A stretch of 64,000 bases of DNA from the NCBI GenBank assembly GCA_022844165.1, contig JALHMH010000012.1, positions 1-64,000 of the forward strand. The letters are read 5' to 3'. Origin of the DNA: Lysobacterales bacterium (GTDB lineage Bacteria; Pseudomonadota; Gammaproteobacteria; Xanthomonadales; SZUA-5). Position 1 is the stretch's first letter; every line of letters begins with the position of its first letter. The notes under the pieces were generated by a model. It was not told the origin of the DNA. It saw only the letters and a list, made by a program, of their open reading frames with translations, and did no database searches. Position numbers and translations under genes: made by a program. This document shows positions 58,104 to 64,000 of the stretch, piece after piece.

Positions 58104-59186
58104 ATGAAAGCATGGTTGGTAGCGACTCTGACGTTGGTGGCACCGGTTGCAATCGCGCAAAAACAGGTGAATGTGTACAACTGGTCCGATTACATCACCG
58201 AAGATGCATTGCGCTCGTTTACTCAGGAGACCGGCATCAAGGTGGTTTACGACGTCTACGACAATAACGAGGTGCTTTCCGCCAAGTTGCTGGCGGGCAG
58301 AAGTGGATACGACCTGGTGTTTCCGTCGGCGCGGCCTTTCGCCGCCCGGCATGTCGCGAGTGGGTTGTATCTGCCGCTCGACAAATCCAAGTTGCCGAAC
58401 TGGAAAAATCTCTACCCGGATGTGCTCAAAGGCTTGGCTTCGATCGATCCGGGCAACGCGCATCTGATGCCGTACATGTGGGGTACGACCGGCATCGGCT
58501 ACAACGTCGACAAGGTCGCGCAAGTGATGGGCAAAGACTTCAAGGTCGATTCCTGGAAAGTGTTGTTTGATCCTGCAACAGCCAAGAAGTTGTCTTCCTG
58601 CGGAATTGCCCTGCTGGATGACGAAGTCGAAGGTCTGGGTGCTGCGCTGATCTACCTGGGCAAAGCGCCCAAGAGCGGTAATGTGGCGGATTTGACCGCG
58701 GTCACCAATTTGTACCAACCCATTCGGCCTTCGATTCGCTACTTCTCATCGAGCCGCTATATCGATGATCTGGCCAATGGCGACATTTGTATTGCCATGG
58801 GCTACTCGGGCGATGTCCTGCAGGCGCGCGATCGTGCGGCGGAGGCTGAAAACGGCGTCAACATCGCTTACGCGATACCCAAAGAAGGGGCGATCCGCTG
58901 GGTCGACAGCGCAGCCATTCCTAAAGACGCGAAAAACGTCGCCGAAGCGCACGCCTTTCTGGACTATCTGATGCGCCCGGCTGTGATCGCCAGCATTACC
59001 AATTACGTCACCTATGCAAACGGCAATCAGGCAGCAACGGCGAGCGTCGATCCCGATATTCGCAACGATCCGGGCATCTATCCGCCGCCGGCCGTCGCTG
59101 CAAAATTGATCGACGACACGCTTCCGAGCAACGCTGAGCAAAGGCCGCGCGTGCGTGCATGGACCAAAATCAAAACGGGGCGTTAG
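58104..59186 (+). CDS. potF: Polyamine ABC transporter substrate-binding protein
   Basis: VYNWSDYI, SGYDLVFPS, PYMWGTTGIGYN, GYSGD. Confidence 0.9.
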   Translation: MKAWLVATLTLVAPVAIAQKQVNVYNWSDYITEDALRSFTQETGIKVVYDVYDNNEVLSAKLLAGRSGYDLVFPSARPFAARHVASGLYLPLDKSKLPNWKNLYPDVLKGLASIDPGNAHLMPYMWGTTGIGYNVDKVAQVMGKDFKVDSWKVLFDPATAKKLSSCGIALLDDEVEGLGAALIYLGKAPKSGNVADLTAVTNLYQPIRPSIRYFSSSRYIDDLANGDICIAMGYSGDVLQARDRAAEAENGVNIAYAIPKEGAIRWVDSAAIPKDAKNVAEAHAFLDYLMRPAVIASITNYVTYANGNQAATASVDPDIRNDPGIYPPPAVAAKLIDDTLPSNAEQRPRVRAWTKIKTGR

Positions 59187-59189
59187 GCT

Positions 59190-60332
59190 GTGGCACAGGC
59201 GTCGCGGCGGCCAGCCGCGCTGGAACCTTGGCAGGACGCCAACGCGCGGCCGTTTTTGCGCATCCAGAACATCACCAAGACCTTCGGCAATACCTATGCA
59301 GTGGACGATGTGTCGTGCGACGTTTACCAGGGAGAGTTCTTCTCGCTGTTGGGCGGATCCGGCTGTGGTAAGTCCACGCTATTGCGCATTCTGGCGGGCC
59401 TGGAAACCCCCAACAGTGGGCGCATTTTGATCGATGGCGTCGATGTGACCAACATGCCGCCCTACGAGCGGCCGGTGAATATGATGTTCCAGAGTTATGC
59501 GCTGTTTCCGCATATGACCGTGGAGCAGAACATCGCTTTCGGACTCAAACAGGATCGGATGCCGAAGGCGCAAGTGGCAGAGCGCGTCGATGCGATGTTG
59601 GAACTGGTCAAAATGCGCGAGCTCCGCGCGCGGCGGCCGGATCAACTATCCGGCGGCCAACGCCAGCGCGTCGCACTGGCCCGGTCGCTCGCTAAACAAC
59701 CCAAGCTCTTGCTACTGGACGAGCCCTTGGGAGCGCTCGACAAAAAGCTTCGCGAGCACACGCAGTTTGAACTGATGACGATTCAAGAGCGTGTCGGCAC
59801 AACGTTCATTACCGTCACGCACGATCAAGAAGAGGCGATGACCATGTCGACGCGTGTGGCGGTGATGGACGCCGGGCGCATTGTGCAAGTCAACACGCCG
59901 GCGAACCTGTATGAGTTTCCGGCAAACCGCTTCGTCGCCGAGTTCATTGGATCCGTCAACATCATCGAAGGGCGGGTGATCGAGCAGTTGGATGGCGAGG
60001 TTCGGATCCAGGCCGATGGCTTCGAAAACAGCTTCGTCATGGATCATCTCGATCCGTTGCCGCTCGGCACTTCAGTGGCCGTCGCCATTCGTCCGGAGAA
60101 GCTGAGTGTGCACGACGAGCGGCCTGTGGAGCGGCCGAACTGGGTGCAAGGCAAAGTCGTCGATATCGCTTATCTCGGGGACGTGTCGATTTACCACCTG
60201 TTGACACCACTGGGTCGCACCGTGCGCGTCCAGATCACCCACGAGCAACGCTACGAACGCCCGCATTATCGTTGGGAGGACGAGGTGTTCGTCAGCTGGG
60301 ATTCGGAGGATGGGGTGCTGTTGCTTGGGTAG
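59190..60332 (+). CDS. potG: Polyamine ABC transporter ATP-binding protein
   Basis: GGSGCGKST, LSGGQ, LDEPLGALD, C-terminal TOBE domain. Confidence 0.9.
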   Translation: MAQASRRPAALEPWQDANARPFLRIQNITKTFGNTYAVDDVSCDVYQGEFFSLLGGSGCGKSTLLRILAGLETPNSGRILIDGVDVTNMPPYERPVNMMFQSYALFPHMTVEQNIAFGLKQDRMPKAQVAERVDAMLELVKMRELRARRPDQLSGGQRQRVALARSLAKQPKLLLLDEPLGALDKKLREHTQFELMTIQERVGTTFITVTHDQEEAMTMSTRVAVMDAGRIVQVNTPANLYEFPANRFVAEFIGSVNIIEGRVIEQLDGEVRIQADGFENSFVMDHLDPLPLGTSVAVAIRPEKLSVHDERPVERPNWVQGKVVDIAYLGDVSIYHLLTPLGRTVRVQITHEQRYERPHYRWEDEVFVSWDSEDGVLLLG

Positions 60333-60412
60333 GCACGAGATCGCAACGTGGAGTGTCGATCGTAGCATTCAGTGATAGACGAGTTGATTGACACGGCGAG
60401 GGAGGTTGGCGC

Positions 60413-60802
60413 ATGACTTGGAAGCCACTGGATTACTTGGGACCCGATCCGCCACCCGATGTTTCGAGAGTCTTCGACCATCTAAATCGGCTCGGATTCT
60501 GTTTTCGGCGTGCACCAAGAGGCACCGGAAAGACGCTGCTCTTGCTATTCAATGGTCAGAAGCTTGCGTATTACAATCGGCGAATTCACTCCCGTGGGGC
60601 TTGTGTCGGATACCAAAAAGGAGCGGTGTTGCTGGCGAACAAAAAAGCCACACTGGAGGAGTTTCGTGCGAAGTTTTCGCCCGGCCACACCGACTTCAGT
60701 TTCGACCCCGGTACCGGCACGAATTCGCATCGAGCGTATCTTGAGATCAAGAGCCGCGAGTTGGCGCTAATTGTTCTGAAGTGCCACGCGGGGCTGAAAT
60801 AG
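60413..60802 (+). CDS. Orphan hypothetical protein inserted in the pot operon
   Basis: 129 aa, RBS GAGGGAGG, fills the gap between potG and potH (stop 2 nt before potH ATG). Confidence 0.6.
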   Translation: MTWKPLDYLGPDPPPDVSRVFDHLNRLGFCFRRAPRGTGKTLLLLFNGQKLAYYNRRIHSRGACVGYQKGAVLLANKKATLEEFRAKFSPGHTDFSFDPGTGTNSHRAYLEIKSRELALIVLKCHAGLK

Positions 60803-60804
60803 AC

Positions 60805-61797
60805 ATGCAACCCTTCTCCTGGGCCCAGCTCTGGTTCGATGTGTTCCGCCGCATGTTTGCGTGGCTCGGCAGCTGGCGGCGCGAAATTCATCATCAGCGC
60901 GGGCGTGCCATTGTTGTGGGCTTGCCGCTGTTTTGGTTGGGTCTGTTCTTTCTTGCGCCATTGCTGATCCTGCTCAAGATCAGCTTTGCTGAAGCGAGCT
61001 ACGAACAACCGCCGTTCACATCCTTGTTAAGCTGGGGCGAAGATCAAATTTTTTCGCTACGCTTTAACCTCGCCAATTACGCCACGCTGATTGCCGACTG
61101 TAGCGATCCGGCAACATCGTTGTACTGCTATGCCTATGTCAACTCGCTGAAAACCGCGGCGATTTCCACGCTGCTGGCATTGCTGGTGGGGTACCCGATT
61201 GCCTACGGTATTGCGAGGTCCAGTCCGAAATGGCGATTGCCGTTGCTGTTGCTTGTTGTATTGCCGTTTTGGACATCGTCGCTGCTTCGAACGTACGCCT
61301 GGATCGGCATCCTGAAAGGCAACGGATTGCTCAACAACACGCTCATGGCGTTGGGTTTGATCCAAGAGCCGCTGGAGATATTGCATACCGATATCGCGGT
61401 GTACATCGGCATTGTCTACGCCTACCTGCCGTTTATGGTGTTGCCGCTGGTCGCCAATCTGGTGAAGCTGGATCCGTTGTTGCTGGAGGCGGCGGCGGAT
61501 CTCGGCTGTCGGCCCATTGCGGCGTTTTTCCGGGTGACATTGCCGCTGTCGATGCCGGGTGTGATTGCCGGGTCGATGTTGGTCTTTATTCCTGCGGTTG
61601 GCGAGTTCGTGATTCCAGAACTACTGGGCGGCCCCGATTCGCTGATGATTGGCCGCGTGCTGTGGAGCGAGTTCTTCACGAACACCGATTGGCCGCTCGC
61701 TTCGGCAATCGCGGTGGCGCTGTTGATGTTGATTGTCGTGCCAACCTTGATCTTCGAATACGTACAGTCGAGAAATTCGCCTGAGGTGCGGCGATGA
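60805..61797 (+). CDS. potH: Polyamine ABC transporter permease
   Basis: LPFWTSSLLR.YAW, EAA motif LLEAAADLG, DWPLASA. Confidence 0.9.
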   Translation: MQPFSWAQLWFDVFRRMFAWLGSWRREIHHQRGRAIVVGLPLFWLGLFFLAPLLILLKISFAEASYEQPPFTSLLSWGEDQIFSLRFNLANYATLIADCSDPATSLYCYAYVNSLKTAAISTLLALLVGYPIAYGIARSSPKWRLPLLLLVVLPFWTSSLLRTYAWIGILKGNGLLNNTLMALGLIQEPLEILHTDIAVYIGIVYAYLPFMVLPLVANLVKLDPLLLEAAADLGCRPIAAFFRVTLPLSMPGVIAGSMLVFIPAVGEFVIPELLGGPDSLMIGRVLWSEFFTNTDWPLASAIAVALLMLIVVPTLIFEYVQSRNSPEVRR

Positions 61798-62600
61798 GAC
61801 AGCGCCCCTTCGCGTTGTACACGGCGATGGCTTTTGGCTACGCTTTTTTGTATTTGCCGATCCTCTCGTTGATTGTGTACAGCTTCAACGAATCGCGGCT
61901 GGTCACTGTGTGGGCTGGGTTCTCCACCCGGTGGTACGGCGAGTTGTTCCGGAACGAATCGCTGCTCGATGCAGCAATGAACAGTTTTGTCGTCGCCACC
62001 ACCGCTGCGACGTTCTCGGTCACGCTCGGAACGCTCGCTGGTTTGGCTTTGTCGCGATTAGGTCGGTTCCGCGGACGCACGATGCTGTCGATCATGACCA
62101 GCGCGCCCCTGGTCATGCCTGAGGTGATGCTCGGATTGTCTTCACTTCTTCTGTTTGTATCGATGCAGCAATTGATCGGTTGGCCCGACGGTCGCGGTAT
62201 CACCACGATCACCATCGCGCACGTGACCCTATGCACCAGCTATGTCACGATCATCGTGCAATCGCGCCTGGCGCAATTGGACGAAAGCCTGGAGGAAGCC
62301 GCCATGGATCTTGGAGCAAGGCCCTGGAAAGTGTTCTTTCTCGTCACATTGCCGGTGATCGCTCCGGCTCTGATCGCTGGTTGGTTGCTGGCGTTCACGT
62401 TGTCGCTCGATGATCTGGTGATCGCCAGTTTTGTGTCGGGTCCCGACTCAACAACGTTGCCGATCGAGGTGTATTCCAAGGTTCGACTCGGCTTGACGCC
62501 GGAAGTGAATGCGCTGGCAACGCTGATCATCGTCTTCGTGACGGCGGTGATCACACTCGTCGGATGGATTGTTCATCGCAGCAAGCCATCACGGACCTGA
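61794..62600 (+). CDS. potI: Polyamine ABC transporter permease
   Basis: FLYLPI...SFN, LEEAAMDLGA, FTLSLDD. Confidence 0.9.
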   Translation: MRQRPFALYTAMAFGYAFLYLPILSLIVYSFNESRLVTVWAGFSTRWYGELFRNESLLDAAMNSFVVATTAATFSVTLGTLAGLALSRLGRFRGRTMLSIMTSAPLVMPEVMLGLSSLLLFVSMQQLIGWPDGRGITTITIAHVTLCTSYVTIIVQSRLAQLDESLEEAAMDLGARPWKVFFLVTLPVIAPALIAGWLLAFTLSLDDLVIASFVSGPDSTTLPIEVYSKVRLGLTPEVNALATLIIVFVTAVITLVGWIVHRSKPSRT

Positions 62601-62602
62601 TC

Positions 62603-63910
62603 CTACAGTTCGATCGTCACTCGACAACCGGTTGCATCCAGGCGGTTCGAAAGCGCCAAGGTCCCGGCGTGATTTTCGATGATCTGGCGCGCCAGGACCA
62701 GGCCGACCCCACTGCCGCCCGGTTTGGTGGTAAAAAACGGGACGAACAGATTCTCGGTCTTTGCCAGGCCTTTGCCGTCGTCATCGATTTCGATGCGTAC
62801 GCCGCCAATGCGTTCCAGTAATCGTGCGCGCACGCCGCCACGCGTCTCCAGCGCGGCTTCAGCGGCATTTTTGATCAGGTTGATCAGCGCTTGTTCGATC
62901 TGATCTTGATCAAGCATCAGCGTCACATCCGGGCCGTCCTCTATGACAACAGGAAGGCGTTGTTCGAGGCGCGCAGCACGTTGCAGCAAAGCGCGAAGCG
63001 ATACCTTGCGCTTGGTCGGCGGCGGCAGGCGAGCAAGACGCGTGTAGCCGGCCATGAAGCGTGTTAACGAATCGGCGCGATCGCCGATGATCTGTAGCGC
63101 GCCCAGAACGTCTTCGCGCCAATCGTGCGGTAGCGGTTCGCGCGCAACGAGACCGGAGAGAGTTGAGGCCATTGAGCGAATCGGGGCCAGTGAATTGTTC
63201 AGCTCATGGCCGAGGACCCGAATCAACCGTTGCCAGGCACCACGTTCTTCCTCGCGCAGTGCGCGCGACAAGTCGGTGATCGCCAGCAGCTGATGCGGCC
63301 GACCACCTTCGCGGAAGGTTGTGCGACGTAGATCGAAGCTGCCAGCGCCGCCAGGAAATGTCGTCTTGAGCGTCGACGGGATTTCATCTGCGCAACAGTC
63401 TTCCAACCCAAGCTCGCTGGCGGTCAGTCCGAGCGCCGATTCCGCCCCTTGAGCCAGTAAACGCTCCCCGGCCGCGTTGATCAGTTTCAGTTGACGTTGG
63501 TCGTCGAACGCAAAGATCGCGATGTCCACATTGGACAGAACTTTGCTCAACAATGCGCCAGCCTCTTCGACCCGCAGCCGTTGCTCGCGCAATCTACTCG
63601 CCAATGCATTGACTTCCCAGAGCACTTCGCCCAGTGCATCCCCGCGTTTGGCCGACGTACTGCGCAAGCTGTAATCGCCGGCACGCAGTGCATCAAGCAG
63701 ATTGACCAACGTCAGCAATGGATGAACGATGCTTCGTCGCAGACGACTGGCGAGCCAGGCGGTTGCGACGACCAAAGTCGTTGCAGCGCCAAGGCGCCAG
63801 TGCACAGCGAAGGTTGTGTGCCAAATCAGCCATAGCGCGACAAGGATCGAGGGCAGGACCAGCAGCCCCATCCATAGCGCGATACGATGTTCATAGCGGA
63901 TCGATTTCAT
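62603..63910 (-). CDS. Sensor histidine kinase (HAMP-PAS-HisKA-HATPase, NtrY-like)
   Basis: Two TM segments, H-box HELNNSL, N-box NLIKNA, DDGKG, FFTTK, GSGVGL. Confidence 0.92.
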   Translation of the reverse strand: MKSIRYEHRIALWMGLLVLPSILVALWLIWHTTFAVHWRLGAATTLVVATAWLASRLRRSIVHPLLTLVNLLDALRAGDYSLRSTSAKRGDALGEVLWEVNALASRLREQRLRVEEAGALLSKVLSNVDIAIFAFDDQRQLKLINAAGERLLAQGAESALGLTASELGLEDCCADEIPSTLKTTFPGGAGSFDLRRTTFREGGRPHQLLAITDLSRALREEERGAWQRLIRVLGHELNNSLAPIRSMASTLSGLVAREPLPHDWREDVLGALQIIGDRADSLTRFMAGYTRLARLPPPTKRKVSLRALLQRAARLEQRLPVVIEDGPDVTLMLDQDQIEQALINLIKNAAEAALETRGGVRARLLERIGGVRIEIDDDGKGLAKTENLFVPFFTTKPGGSGVGLVLARQIIENHAGTLALSNRLDATGCRVTIEL

Positions 63911-64000
63911 CGCCGTCCGGTGTGCCGTTACCTAACCGCGTATACAGCGGATTCTCGGCGCAAAAGCGTATGCGTTGTAGATGCGCAGACCTGAGGCCGC

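Noticed and set aside
60509-60535. P-loop-like APRGTGKT in the pot-operon orphan
   Set aside because: The protein is too short and has no Walker B; probably coincidental.

Overview
GC-rich gammaproteobacterial chromosome, probably Xanthomonadales/Lysobacterales (inferred from gene order, an S8 protease and a C-terminal DGFE-motif secreted protein). The first ~28.4 kb is a dense anti-phage defence island whose left end lies outside the window. In order it holds: the 3' end of a probable IS1634-family element; a rearranged Druantia-like locus (DUF4338/DruA convergent on an operon of 911 aa, 356 aa and a 1819 aa DruE-type helicase); a divergent WYL regulator; and a 13-kb restriction-like operon (SNF2-DUF3883, DUF1156 methylase, DUF499 ATPase) with a PtuAB/Septu-type ATPase+HNH pair and a DUF262-DUF1524 (GmrSD-like) nuclease nested inside. 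It ends with an SPFH + NAD-kinase-like pair and a BsuBI/PstI endonuclease remnant. The rest is mostly core genome: tRNA-Leu(CAA), S8 protease, a degenerate REC-GGDEF-EAL protein, a Gld-like ABC operon, yhbY-rlmE-ftsH-folP, pyrG-kdsA-eno-ftsB-ispD-ispF-truD, potFGHI (with an orphan ORF inserted) and a histidine kinase. No CRISPR array, integrase or reverse transcriptase was seen. All family calls come from motif recognition by eye; no searches were run.
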